From Raillietiella orientalis (taxonomy: Eukaryota): a stretch of 64,000 nucleotides of DNA. This document shows, one piece after another, positions 12,957 to 26,212 of the stretch. Each line of letters begins with the position of its first letter. Position 1 is the first letter of the stretch. The position numbers were made by a program, and so were the translations under genes. The DNA is taken from contig JAYWIR010000014.1 in NCBI GenBank assembly GCA_036172245.1, positions 1,922,001 to 1,986,000 of the forward strand. Reading direction: 5' to 3'. The notes under the pieces were generated by a model. It saw only the letters and a list, made by a program, of their open reading frames with translations, searched no databases and was not told where the DNA came from.

Positions 12957-15900
12957 GCAAAATCAATGTGTATCAGAACAAATACAGGAAAATAAGATGA
13001 CTTGAATTTCTTACGGAAACATGGCTGTAATCGTAACATCGGTAATTTCGAACGAACACTAAACCTTTTGTACAATTTCACATCCACTTCTATCAAAAAA
13101 AGTACAATTCATAAATTTCGGTTGATGGCTTATGCCTATTTTTGAAGTTAACTTCCGTGGAAAGAGTCTCTACGGGTAAAAGAATCTCAGTACTTAAAAT
13201 ACCGTACCCAGTTCGTAGACTTCGGATTCCCAGTACTCGAGTTCCGATTTTCAGAATATAAATCAGTAAAATTGTCTAGGGCAGATCCACCTGCATACTT
13301 TCAGAGTATTTCACTTTTAATGGAGCTATTATTTCCTTGTTTACTTGAAAGTGAATTCTAAAACAAATCTACTCCAAAACATATCATTCAGAATGATAAG
13401 GATAAAAATAAAACAGAATTGAACTATTAAAAAAAAAAAAACCTGAAGTTATACAGTATTGTTACGAATCAACATTTTCAGTTCACAACCGTTTCTGCCA
13501 AAGAAATCATCTAGATTCTTTTCAAAAAACTACTCTCCTAGTATCATGAGCATTTCAACTTTATCATGAGCATTTTCTTCATTTTACTTAACTACGTCTT
13601 TCTATGACTTCTTTTTGATAGAAAAAAGTAATGAGCCTTCATGGAAGACAGTGAAAACACTTGAAATATCAAATGAGGAATCATGAGTAGGAAATTTATG
13701 TAAGGAATTTTTTTTAAGAATTTTTTATCAGTTTTTACCGGTCCAAAGTATTTTATTATTATGTGACACAAGGAATCGGAAACATCTTAATTTGTTGTCA
13801 TGTTTTGCAGGATAATTTGCTTACTAAAACTTGCCTTCCGTATGTGCGTGTGTGTATTTTTTAAAAAGAATCTTTACAATATCGGGTCGCTCTAAGCAAA
13901 AACTGTTCATTTTCATGTTATTGTTACTTACTTTCATTACATTTTCCATAATATAATTCTGTTTCTATTTCCAAATATCAGAATGCATTGTTTGCAAGTT
14001 GATTTCTCCTGTCTTCATGGAATCTACTGACTAATATATGAATCTGCTTTGTTCGTAAATGTGTTTAATTCCTATACTATGTTAGTATCTGATAGCCAAT
14101 GTAAGCAGCAAAAATAAAAATGCACTCACTTAATAACAAGCTGACAATCTGAATGATTTCAATGAATTCTAGTGAATTTTATGAGTTAATATTAACAAAC
14201 TACGGAGATATATAAATTCTTAATTAGGTGAATTTAATTTGATTACATTTCTCTTAAAGCATATATGCGTTGCTTTGAACAAAACTAAGAGATAAATAAA
14301 ATGAATAGCAATTTATCATATTTTAAAACTGAAAATCAAAAATTGCCTGCAAGATTTACAGGCGATAGGGAAACTAAAAAATATTTCGAACCATTTTATT
14401 ATCTACGTATACATGCATTTATTCTTTTCAAAAAACCGACTCACGATTAGTCTAAATGTACTTAATTTTCCAAAGTAGTTCTCTTCAGTGTATCATATGC
14501 ACGAAACTCTTGTTTTTATAGCATGCCAACTTTTGAATAAATCAGATCACTTACTAAACTGCGCAGCTTTCCATTATTCAGATGAACTGGTTTTCCATTC
14601 TCCTTTACTGAATAATGTGGTCATTTTATCTAAGGCTCATAAGTCAAGGTTGTTTAATTTTCTTTGTTTATGTCATTCAAATATTTCAGAAGTATTAACA
14701 GCAATAATTACAATAATGTCTGAGCATATTCATTCTTTTTCGTATGTATGCTATCTTGTTCTCCGCCAATTTCTGTCTTAACCAGAGGTCATATGTTTTG
14801 GAATTTTCACATCACCGTAGCAGATGTTGGAGCATTGCCACAAGAATATTCCCTATTTGCTGATAGCCATTTCCTTCTCCTTCATTTCTTCCCTCTTTTG
14901 CTTTCTTTCTTCAGCAACCACCTTTACTGTTTTCGATTTTCTTCGTATAATAATTGTCCTCCCTATAGGTACTACGTCAATGAAGAAAGCTAGGTGCGTC
15001 TGTGCTAGAAGATTATACCTTCGCCTTCGATTGACCCTCAGAGTCTTCTTTGATCCTAACTGAGAAAATTGTTGTATTTCTTACGTGCATCAGGTCGTCT
15101 TCCAAGGTCGGAAAGCTAAGTTGCAGCTTCTGTTCCATATCATGGAGCATATTCTTTTCTTGAAGTTTTTATCCAATTTTTCAGTTTCACTTCATATTGC
15201 AAATAGGTTTGTTAAATGGTATTTAGTAGGCTTGGAAATCCTGCAGTAGCTTGGTCAACCAAAGTGTGACACCTATAGCTTTCTGCTTCCTTGTCCACTT
15301 TGGTTCATGGAATGCTCCTCAAATGGCGCAGTCCCTTTGTTGGTTCTTCTCTCCATATTCAATGCAGAATTCCTTCCATAATTTTTTGCTTCTTGGAAGC
15401 ATCTTTAACTTGTATATGCCCATGTTGCATTTTGTTTCATCACACAGTTACAAATTACATTCCTGTTCTTACATCTTGTTATTAGAGCTGTGCACAGTCC
15501 CTTACTTTGACTGGTTATGATAGTATATGTTTATGATGAATAATAGACTTTCTCAATTTTTGAATATTTGAAATTCAAAGCATTTTAAGGCATTCTTTTC
15601 CTAAATCAAATAGACTTATATTAATATAGGTTAAAATCGGATCTTTCTAAATTGAAAGTTTTTCTTTGTTAAATAACTCAATACTTGAAAATTTCTCTTG
15701 AAATTGTCAAAGTCGATCAAATTAAAGTTTTATCAAGTTTTGCATTGGAATCTTCAAATTCAACTCGATGAGAATTTATTTGAAGAATCATCAAAAACCT
15801 ACTTGAAAATAAATGGTTTTTTAAGAAATAAAAGAACTTTTAATAGAGAAATCCAGTGAACTATCGGAGTGAGCCAAATCTGTTTCCCCCCAAATGCAGA

Positions 15901-16626
15901 CTCTTAATATCCAACTCAATAATATTTTTCAATGTAATTAAACTGCCGTTAGGAAGCTTATAGCAATCAAAATTCCTTAGAACGAGAAAAATGCAAGTAT
16001 TATCATGAAATTTACTCCCATCACTTCTATGCAATCTGATGACTATTATTCTGACTAATAGGGAGTGATTTCATCAACATAAATCATGAATTCAACTGCT
16101 TGTCAATATCATTCTCCAGCTGCTACAAATAGAACTGATTTACCTGGAAAATGCTCTCCAAGAACGTATTTTCAAAGTATGTTAGCTTTCAAAATAAAGG
16201 AAAATGTATAACGGTGCTTGTTTCATATCTAGATACTTAGCACTTGTGCTTCAGTTAATAGTTAAGTGCTTCATTTAATCAGAAGTACAAGAATGAATTT
16301 TAGAGAACTTTATGTTTCAATAAAGCTAAAATCTTTGTGTGCTTTTTCAAATATTTCAATTATTTTAGATGTTCGTTTATGAATGTTTGTATCTAAATAA
16401 CTTGATTTTGTTTATTTTTATTCTCCAACCTACAATAATTCCAGGGGCATAGAGAATACTTATCCGAAATCCTGCATAACTGTACCCAGAATTTGGTATC
16501 CTTGAAGTTGTAACCCAAAGATTTCCGTATGATTATGCGTTGAATCCAATGTTGTGAGTTACAGAAAGGAAACAATGTATAGTCCAGGCTGTAGCATTTA
16601 AGTGTAACAAAGTAGTTAACGTAAGA

Positions 16627-17651
16627 ATGTCCTCATTCAGAAATATGCTTTCTAGTAAGCCATCTGTGGTGTTTGAAGCACTCAACTCGCATTTTTATCG
16701 AAAGTATGCGTTTGAGTATCCAAATAGATGCTTCAGTAGACTGAATCTGGTACATCGTAGTGATCAAAGTTTGTTTCCTGGAGATTCGCATGCTAAAGAT
16801 AAGTTCCTTGAAGATTCGAAGAGTAAGGGTGGTTTTGCCGAAGCCGTTAAGCGGCTCTCAAAGACAACAGATACAACACAAGAGGAAACATTTGCACACT
16901 TGCTTAGAAATTCGCAATTTATTCAGGTTACAAATTGTTTTATATTGTTGAATGTTTCAATCAAAGAGTCTTCTGTTCTTTGTAGTAATTGCTTCCAAAA
17001 ATTAGCTAGGTGATCCAAGGGGAAAAGTAGTTCGAGGCACCATATTCCACGTTGTCGATGATGATTTGTATATCGATTTTGGTTGGAAATTTCATTGTGT
17101 GTGTACACGGCCCGCTGTGGATAAAAGGTATACGTTCTCATGTTGAATCTAATCAAAAGTTAAGGAAATTACCTTCTTGAGAGAGGTTTTTAATAGTAAA
17201 AGGAAACCATTTAATTTATATCCCTGTTGATTGTGCAGAATTCAAAAAATTCGATATCTAAGGGCCAATTATTTAGACCATGTTGTCAATAATTTGTGAA
17301 TGATGTCATTATTTTTTTAACATGTTCAAAAATTATCAAAATATGTAAAATTAGGATTGCTGTTACGGTTTACAAAAGCGGTATTTTAATCTTTGTACAG
17401 GAATTCAAGGTACTTTGTTTTCTAAATACTTTGTGTACTTTCAGATTGCAACATTGCCTTAATTTTTATTGAAAATTTTTTTTTCTGTCTTCTGTATCAT
17501 TATCCATTTTTCTAGTGTGTATCATAGAGGAGCAAAAGTAAGAATAAGGATTAAAGAATTGGAACTCTCTACAAGGTTTTTGGGTGCCTCAAAAGATATA
17601 ACATTACTGGAAGCTGATTGTGTCTTATTAGGAGTATATCAGGGACAATAA
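16627..17651 (+). CDS. MRPS28: Mitochondrial ribosomal protein S28 (bS1m), 3 exons
   Basis: [12 protein letters not shown] / [33 protein letters not shown] / [26 protein letters not shown]. Confidence 0.92.
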
Positions 17652-19240
17652 AAAATTGGTACTGTTGCAATGTAGTTTTATTGAAACTGACTGATTTTTT
17701 TAAGACGTGTGTATTCTGTTTTAGATAAGTTGAATTTTATTATCGAGTATGCCATCAGTTAGCATAGATAAAAACAGTTGCATATTGCAGATGTGTTCTT
17801 TTTATAGTTTTGAAGTAGTATATGGAAAATGAAGTATATGGAATGTATATGGAAAATATAAAGAGATACTAAAACTGAGATAAGTGTTAGGTGCTGTCAA
17901 ACTATACTCACATTCTGTTTTTATTTCCTTGAGCACATATGTTTGTGTGTGCTTGTATTATTTTGAGCAATGTAAGTTAGGAAAAATTCCAAGTTCCTTA
18001 TTTCTGGTTTATTGTATGTTTCTTTTCAATGTTGCATGTTTTTCGATATTTCTGAGTCTTAATTTTTCAAAGTGTTCGTATCTCCAATCTCCATCCTTGT
18101 GTGTGGATAAACCAAGTTTCTGAAGGAATGAGTTCCCTTGAGTTTGTAATTCACAGTGTGTGCATGCCAGGTAGTTATGTTTCATATGTGAATTTATGTG
18201 ATATACAAGTGGACTTTCCTAAAACCTCACTCCTTAATAAGATGTTAAAGGTCCCAGTGGAATAGAACTATGTTTTTGACGTGTAGGTATAAGAAAGCAG
18301 TATAAATATCAGGCAGCATGATTTGAAAATGCAGACCTTGTCATCATCAAAAAAGACTAAAGTGTTTCAGTCTCCATTTGTGAAAGGATTCACTTCTGTA
18401 ATAAAGCATTACAAGTTTTTGCATGTTATAAGATTTTTTGTTCCCATACCTTATATAGGAAGTTTACTGAAATGTACATGTACATGTTACATGTTATCCT
18501 CATTAAGTATGATCTGTACTCTAAGCACCAATATGAGGTTCAGATATAGAAACATTGCTGTGGTACCAGTATTCATGAGATGTGTAGTGTCTTTTCCTAA
18601 AGCTTGGTGAAAGATGTCTTTTTCTGTTGTTTCCGAAATAGCATTGTTAATGTTTTAGCAGCAAAGAGTGGAATAAAACTAATGTGTTTAATTCCAAATA
18701 CATTGTAATATACTTATTTAAATGCAGAGAGGATTCATATTTTCAAAAAATCTTATGTAAACTACGAAGTATAAGCTTTCCAATAATAGTGGGACACTTA
18801 TATTATAAGTACAGCACCATACCAAGTTTAAAACTGGTATGCAGCATGCTTATCAGTTTTTCTGAAATACAACCGTAGTATGAAAAAATAACATACATAC
18901 CTTTATCTTGTTTCCTATCTTTAAGATTGCCCTGTTAAAGGTAATTAAGTGTGATAGAAATTACCAACAACACGTTAGTGATCTCAGAAAAAGTTAAAAA
19001 AAAAAAATCCCAGCATTTCAAAACATGTTCGGAAAAAGAAAAAGTAAACGAAGTATCAGTAAACGTTAACTAGACCGAGAAGTGAAAACTTGACATTGAA
19101 CTACACGACAAATGGGTGTTTTGGGTATGAAGCACGCACCTTAAGCTTCAAACTTGGAGCATTCGCAACTGAGATAAATGTGGAAGCGGGGAAATTTTGA
19201 ATCCAAATACATTTAATGTTGTTCAATTGAGACATTTTAC

Positions 19241-19288
19241 ATACTTACCTGGCTTCGAGGTCTTAATTGTGTTCACGACGACGGTTAA
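19241..19288 (+). ncRNA. U1 snRNA 5' fragment (retrocopied head of Tx1 copy A)
   Basis: Starts ATACTTACCTGGC (U1 5' end). Then stem TTAATTGT (19263-70) / ACGGTTAA (19281-88) closing the 10-nt loop GTTCACGACG, close to the U1-70K loop GATCACGAAG. No stem-loop II or Sm site. Confidence 0.85.
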
Positions 19289-19339
19289 TTAGTTAATTGT
19301 GATCGTGTGTGCCCGGAGGGGGAAAGTGTCTAGAAGAAA

Positions 19340-21253
19340 GTGAGTGTGGACAAGAGAGTGCTGCCTAGGATCAGCTCCTACAACTACAGAAGAAGCGCCG
19401 AGGAGATCACGGCGGAAGACCTGCAAACTTCCTCAGCGGCAGTACCAGCCGCCAGGATGCAGGCAACAGGAAGAGGAACGAGGAGGCCGACGTCCCCCAT
19501 AGAAGAAATGGAGGTACAGTACGGCAGTAGTGAGGCGGCGGCGAGGCCGAGGATCGCGCCCGCGGCGGCAGTTGTTGCGCCGGCGGCGGCGATGCCAAGG
19601 GTCGCGCCCGCGGCGGCGACGATGGAGGTCGCGCCCGCGGCGGCGACGGTGGAGGTCGTGCCCGCGGCACTGACACCGAGGATCGCGCCCGCGGCGGCAA
19701 TGGTCGCGCCTGCGGCGGCGATGCCGAGGTTCCCGCCCGCGGCGGCGGTGGCGGCGGCGGCAACGTCGAGGGTTGCGCCCGCGGCGGCGTCCCAGGCGGT
19801 ACCCGCGGGCGTCCACGCGGTGCAAGGAGCGCAAGATGCGACGCCATCTTGCTCGGCTGCGGCGACACAGCCATTCTCTTACGCGTCGGTGGCGGCGGGA
19901 CAGGTTAGTGTCCACCCACCAAGGAAATTTGGCAAGCCCCTAAGGGGGAAAGTAGAAAGGGTGGACCGGCCGGTTGTTCAGCTAGGCTGGGAGGTCAAGC
20001 CCATAATGTTTAGAACGGGGCTGATCAAATTCAGTAATATCAGGGAAGTATATCTGTCCCTAGATAAAACTGACATAGATTTCGATCGCATTCAGGCGAT
20101 CATTCCCAATAATTCCGGGTTCACGGTCTTCACAGACTGTGAGAACATCAAGGAGAGGTTGATCCAGAAAGGGATCAATATCCAAGGCAGGATGGTCTGT
20201 GGTGTCGGAGAGATGCCGTACACGACCGTCTACTTGAGCGGTAATTCGATCTACACACCACAACTAACGGTGTGGAAATACCTGGAACAGTTCGAGAACT
20301 TCTCTGGGAAAATCTTTTCTGGCGACATAATCGCCAAGATAAAATTGAATGAAGGTGCGCAGATTCCCGGGATAGCTGTCATAGACGAACCATCCCACTG
20401 CGTGAATGTGCGCTACCGGCAACAACCGGTATTTTGCACCGGATGCAAGCAGTTTGGCCACAGGGCCGGCGCTTGCCCAACATCGAGATGCTACCGCTGC
20501 GGCAAGATTGGACACCAAGTCCGAAACTGCCCGCAGCCGGAGGTTTGTTCCTTCTGCAAGAAGCACGGACACGCTAAATGGAGCTGTCCTGAATTCGCTA
20601 ATTGCAGAAGGATCCGTGGACTCTCTCCCGTGAGAGAGAGGAATTTGAGGGAGGCAGAACAGCCTCAAAAGTTGGCAGGAAGGACGAAGAAGACTAAGGA
20701 AGTCGTCCCGGTATCGGCGGACGGCTTCATAGAAGTGGGAAAGAAGGGGAAGAGGAGGATGCTCGTCAAGGAGCAGGAAGCCTCTCTTACCCCAGAAGTA
20801 GCGGCGGAAGGCGAAAAAATGGAGACAGTCCAGGAAGACGAGAAAGTAGTTGAAGAAGCCACTCCGGTGTCGCGGGAGGCCCTGCAGTCCACCGAGGAGT
20901 TGATAAAACTCTCAGAAGAAGTGATGGAGGTGCAAAGCGGACCCCAGCAGGTGCAAATCCTGCAGAAGATCTGCGATGCACAGGAGACTGTGAACCAGGT
21001 GGTGGAGGTAGCCGAGCGAGAGAAGGTGGAGGAACAGCTTCTCGAAGTAAAGGCGAACTTCTGTGCGAAGGTGGCGATAGAGGCGCTACCCAGAAAGGTC
21101 ATCGCGCGAGCAGAACACTCTACGGAGGAGGCCGAATTTACCGACCTCACCGGGACGGAGAGTGACGCTGCAAGCGATAAACCCGCTCCTTCTTCAGTGT
21201 CTGGAAGAGCACGCTCTCCCAGACAGAAGAAGCTCAGGAAGGCCAAAAAGTAG
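19340..21253 (+). CDS. ORF1 (gag-like) of copy A
   Basis: 637-codon open frame: Ala-rich 27-bp repeats (~19545-19790), CTGCKQFGHRAGAC, CYRCGKIGHQVRNC, CSFCKKHGHAKWSC, acidic tail. First ATG is at 19457. Confidence 0.9.
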   Translation: MSVDKRVLPRISSYNYRRSAEEITAEDLQTSSAAVPAARMQATGRGTRRPTSPIEEMEVQYGSSEAAARPRIAPAAAVVAPAAAMPRVAPAAATMEVAPAAATVEVVPAALTPRIAPAAAMVAPAAAMPRFPPAAAVAAAATSRVAPAAASQAVPAGVHAVQGAQDATPSCSAAATQPFSYASVAAGQVSVHPPRKFGKPLRGKVERVDRPVVQLGWEVKPIMFRTGLIKFSNIREVYLSLDKTDIDFDRIQAIIPNNSGFTVFTDCENIKERLIQKGINIQGRMVCGVGEMPYTTVYLSGNSIYTPQLTVWKYLEQFENFSGKIFSGDIIAKIKLNEGAQIPGIAVIDEPSHCVNVRYRQQPVFCTGCKQFGHRAGACPTSRCYRCGKIGHQVRNCPQPEVCSFCKKHGHAKWSCPEFANCRRIRGLSPVRERNLREAEQPQKLAGRTKKTKEVVPVSADGFIEVGKKGKRRMLVKEQEASLTPEVAAEGEKMETVQEDEKVVEEATPVSREALQSTEELIKLSEEVMEVQSGPQQVQILQKICDAQETVNQVVEVAEREKVEEQLLEVKANFCAKVAIEALPRKVIARAEHSTEEAEFTDLTGTESDAASDKPAPSSVSGRARSPRQKKLRKAKK

Positions 21254-21265
21254 GTCTTCCCCTTT

Positions 21266-24200
21266 ATGGCCTCATTCCTATCGACCGCCAGGAGGCTGAA
21301 CATCGCCTCCTGGAACGTAAACGGTTTAATCGACCAGACGAAAAGAAAGAGAATTGTGCGGACCATCGCACAACAGGACATCGTCTGCCTGCAGGAGACC
21401 CACAAGTTGGGACTCGAGATCAGTCAACGGATGGAACGACGTTTCAATGGGCAGATGTTCGCCAGCGAGGGAAAACGGAACACGCAGGGTGTGGCGGTCC
21501 TCATCAAGAACCACCTGGCCCCCACTATTCTGGAAGTGTTTTGTCCCTTGGCTGGACGCATCATCGGAGTGCGACTGTCCTGGTCCGCTACTGTTCACCT
21601 CATTTTGGTGAGCGTGTACGGACCGCACAGGCTAAAACATCGTTGCGCGGAGTCGCCGCACGCAGCACTTCGGGAAAAGGTCGCGCCCAAGGACGTCGTG
21701 ATCGTCGCTGGCGATCTAAACATCCTGGACGTCATCACACATTCCCAGGGCGCCAGAGGAAGGTCAGCGTATCGGCGGCTATCCGACGAGTTCGGATTGT
21801 TGTGGCGAACAGCAAGCCACAAGCCGATCGATCACGTCCTCCACAGCACGGAATTAGGGAATCGCATTCTGGGTTTTCGCGACATACCCACCACCCTGTC
21901 CGATCACCCGCTAGTGCGTTTTTCCCTAAGGACGGAGAATACTCGGCGAAAGCAAGGCACCAGGGCGGCGCTCATCAGCATGCCCGCCTGGTTCGAAACA
22001 CATCCTGGACATCAGGAGGTCCTGGAGGCGATTCTAAAGGCGACAACAATCAGAAGAGTCGCCGACTGGGACAGCCTGAAACACAGGATACACTTGTTTG
22101 CGAATATGCAGTTCGGCGATAGACGATTGAGGCAGGAAGCGTACCGGGAGCTGAACATCAAAGATCGCTCACTCTCCAAGTACTTCGAGGAGTACGAGAG
22201 ACGGTACGTCTTCCATAATGTAAAAGGGGAAGTCGGCGTGCTGGAGAAGAGGAATCTGGCAACAGACATCTTCTGCATCCAGTGCGCCGATCAAAGTCGG
22301 CACACGTCTGAAGATATCGTAGATGCCTTCGAAAGGCATTATACGGAACATTTTCGATGCGAACACCTGTGTTCGGCTACACAAAACACCTTCCTAGGCT
22401 ATCTGGAAAAGAAGCTTGACGACCTCCAGCGGAAGAGACTGGAGGAGGATATTACCGAAGAAGAAGTGAAGACTGCGTTCGGTCAATTACGCAAGGACGT
22501 GGCGGCAGGCCCTGACGATGTTCCCATCTCTCATTATCAGAGATACCTGCACGCCTACCTGCGTTTATTCCACCAGCTGACCCTCTGCATCCGACAAGAA
22601 GGACGACTGCCGGAGTCCTTCTACGAGAGCAGGACGAGATTGTTGCCGAAAGGAGGCGACCTATCCAGGATAGCCAATCTCAATCCTTAACTCGGATGCC
22701 AAGTGGCTGGCAAAGATCTGAGCCAACCGCTTAGGCAAGGTTATGTCGAGGCTGATATCTCCTGTTCAGACGTGTGCGGTACCCGGACGCCACATGCTGG
22801 ACAATGTCAAGTGCGCGCAGACTATCGTGGGACTTAGCCCATACGTCGGTGAGAACCTGGTGCTTGCGTTCACAGACATGGAGAAAGCCTTCGACACCGT
22901 CGATCACGGGATGCTGCTCAAGATTATGGAAAAGCTGGGACTTCCAGAATACTTCAGCATCTTCGTGCAAATGATCCTCCGGAATCAACGCTTCCGGATA
23001 AAAATCAACGGATTGGAAACGGCAGTCATTCGGATGGAGCGAGGAGTTCGGCAGGGCGACTCGCTAAGTCCGATGCTGTTCGTTATCTACATGGAGGCGC
23101 TCTCTTCTTTCGTCGAGAAGAACGGACGTCTAAAAGGAGTGGAAATAGATGACCAGAAGCTCACCCATCTAGCCTACGCGGACGATCTCCTCTTCTTCAT
23201 AAGAGGAAAGAAGGATCAAGAAACGTTCCTGGACGTGGTGAGCCTTATGAAAGACGGATTGGGCTTGAAGATCAACGCCCAGAAGAGCCAGATTTTGCCC
23301 GTCGGAATACTAGATCTCTCCACACTCACGGGGAATGGATTCCGTATGGTAGATACGGCCAAGTACCTGGGAGTCTACATAGGCGACGACTCCGCGTCGA
23401 AGCTGCTGTGGACAGAAATCCTGGGGAAAACGGCCAATGAAGCAGCAAAATACACTCGAATGGACTTTGGGATGAAGCAAAGGGCCAACCTCTGGAACGG
23501 AATACTCCTTCCAAAGGTACTCTTTGGAGCGGCCTTCGCTAGAATGAACAAAGAAACCACGAGAGAAGTAGAGAAGCTGCAACGCAAAACACTGTGGGGC
23601 CACTATCGCCCAAGAGTCCGATTAAAACCCCTGTGTCGTCCCAGGGAAGAAGGCGGTTCCGGGATGAAGTCGCCTGCACATTCCATGGAAATCATGGATA
23701 CGCGACACCTCCTGGATATCGCTACTCACTGGGATGACTGGCCGTATGCGGCGCACAGGGCCTACGCGTTGTTGTTGAACAACTCGAAAGGCCTGATGAC
23801 TGCGCTGCTAGGCCGAACAGGGGAATGGAGAACCATCGACCCCACCTGGACAAGAAAACAAAGGCTAGTGCGAAAGCACAAGATCAAGATTGTGCCGAGA
23901 AGCAGGGAACTCTGGCAGGAGGAATCCATCCTGGTGATCCCGTGGATGCTTCCGGTCCATCCGGACACGAGAAGCTGGATCTACCGGCGGCCCAGAGTTA
24001 CCCTGCAACGAATCCAGGAGTGGAGAAGAGTAGGTTACCTACATCACACTCGTATACTTCGGTATATAGAGATGATGCTAAGTAGGTTCACCCATAAGAC
24101 CCGCGAGGTGTGGATCAACCACAACGATCTCGCGTGGCCTAGGGTAACCAAAATAAACCTTAGAAGATTTATTCAAGAAGACGACCCTGACATCAGTGCC

Positions 24201-24773
24201 CTCCAAGAAGCAGCCGATCGCTACGGGAGTCATCGAATCAACCTGTTAGCGATTGGAACCACGCTCTGGAGGAGTGACCTACCGCCGGACACGCAGGAGC
24301 ACCTCCTGATGTTTTATCATGGAGGAATCCAAAGCGGGTCCAGACTTCAGTACTTTACCGGAAGACCGGAAGATCGAGACTGCGTAGCATGTGGCGACAC
24401 CGACACGAGACTTCACGTCTTGACGTGTCCCACATTGCTACACGACTGGCTGATCCTGAAAAGAATCATAGGACCCAACAACGAGTCCGTAATGGAAATC
24501 ATCACTTAGATGTTCCAGGGAGATGGTAATGTTCCATGTTACAATCCCATGGTGAGGACGACCATTGCTGTCTTCATCACCGCCATACTTGCGCGGTGGT
24601 GGAAGATGAGGAAAGCCAGAAGAGCCGCACCTCCGATGGAGATCCTTCAAGGACTCATCAAGAAGGAGATAGGCATCAGGAATTGTGGAAGAATCCATGC
24701 CTGGACGTACCGATTCATCCTGAAGAGGATTGAAGACGACGCCCGGGACCAAACATCCGGAAACCCACCCTGA
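21266..24773 (+). pseudogene. ORF2 (APE endonuclease, reverse transcriptase, zinc finger) of copy A, disrupted
   Basis: SWNVNG, LQETH, GDLN, IDHV, SDH; DMEKAFD, GVRQGDSLSP, YADD, KYLG; CVACGDTDTRLHVLTC. Frameshifting deletion near 22680, TGA near 22719 and TAG at 24507-24509. Confidence 0.93.
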
Positions 24774-24904
24774 AAGCAGAACTTGTGAAACCCCAAAGAC
24801 TTCAAAGCGGTAATAAAGTGTCAATAGTATGAATGAGATTGTAGTATGAATGAGTTTAAAAATGAAAAATAAATTTACCCCACCCTTGTGGGACTTGAGG
24901 AAAA

Positions 24905-26212
24905 TCGCCCAAGCTTCCGGCTGAAACAACTGTGTCGTCCCAGGGAAGAAGGCGGCTCAGGGATGAAGTCGCTTGCACATTCCATGGAAATCATGGATAC
25001 GCGACACATCCTGGATATCGCTACTCACTGGGATGACTGGCCTTATGCGGCGCACAGGGCCTACGCTTTGTTGTTGAACAACTCGAAAGGCCTGATGACT
25101 GCGCTGCTAGGCCGAACAGGGGAATGGAGAACCATCGAGCCCACCTGGACTAGAAAACAAAGGCTAATGCGAAAGCACAAGATAAAAATCGTGCCTAAAA
25201 GTAGGGAACTCTGGCAGTAGGAGTCCATCCTGGTGATCCCATGGATGCTTCCGGTCCTCCAAGACACGAAAAGCTGGATCTACCAGCGGTCCAGAGTTAC
25301 CCTACAACGCATCCAGGAGTTCAGAAGAGGAGTATACCCACATCACACTCGTATACTTCGGTAGATAGAGATGATGGTGGGTAGGTTCACCCATATGACC
25401 CGCGAAGTGTGAATCAACCACGATGACCTCGCGTGGTTCAGGGTAACCAAGATGAACCTTCGAAGAATGATTAAGGATGAGGACCAAGACACCAGTGCCC
25501 TCCAAGAAGCCGCCGATCGCTACGGGAGTAACCGTTTTAACCTGTTGGCGATTGGCACGACACTCTGGAGGAGTGACCTCCCGCCGGACACTCTGGGCGA
25601 CCTCCTGATGTTCTATCATGGAGGAATCCAGACCGGGTCCAGGCTCAAGCATTTCACAGGAAGACGGGAAGATGAAGACTGCACGGCATGTGGAGACATG
25701 GATACGAGACTACACATCTCGCCGTGTCGCACTTTGCTACGCGACTGGCTGATCCTGAAAAGGATCATAGGACAAAACAACAAGTCTGTGAGGGAAATCC
25801 TCGCCGGGATGTTTCAGGGAGATGGTAATGTTCCCTGTTACAATCCCATGGTGAGGATGACCATTGCCCTCTTCATCACCGCCATACTTATGCGGTGGTG
25901 GAATATGAGGAAAGCCAGGAGAACCAGAACCCCCATGGAGATACTACAAGGACTCATCCTCAGGGAGATTGGTATCAGGAACTGTGGACGACTCCAAGCC
26001 TGGACGTACAGATTCATCCTGAAGAGGATTGAGGACGACGCCCGGGACCAAACGTGTGGAAACCCACCCTGAATGCAGAACTTTGAGTATCTTAACGGAC
26101 CTTCAAGTGAAGTGAAAGTGATAATATATTGTTTGAATGAAATTGTAGTATGAATGTTTAAAAAAAAAATTTGAAAAATAAATTCACCCCACCCCTTGTG
26201 GGACCTGGGGAA
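24905..26212 (+). mobile_element. 5'-truncated copy B of the same family, fused directly behind copy A
   Basis: Homologous to 23625-24904 with several stops; same terminal hairpin; followed by right TSD AATTGAGGCATTTTACATA (26213-26231). Confidence 0.93.

Larger units (their letters stand above)
19241..24904 (+). mobile_element. Tx1/L1-clade non-LTR retrotransposon, near full-length copy A
   Basis: ORF1 with three CCHC knuckles, ORF2 with APE, RT and zinc finger, 3' UTR ending in AATAAA plus hairpin. Left TSD AATTGAGACATTTTACATA at 19225-19243. Confidence 0.95.

Noticed and set aside
14480..16300. Possible LINE relic on the minus strand
   Set aside because: Only isolated echoes (YVDE, KYLD); too degraded to call.
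19100..19290. A genuine U1 gene interrupted in place by copy A
   Set aside because: The TSD lies upstream of the U1 5' end and the rest of U1 (stem-loop II, Sm site) does not resume after the element.
19545..19790. CRISPR-like repeat array
   Set aside because: Coding 27-bp minisatellite with no unique spacers, in a eukaryotic context.
19407..21405. Long antisense ORFs within copy A
   Set aside because: Explained by codon bias and Ala/Glu-rich repeats of ORF1.
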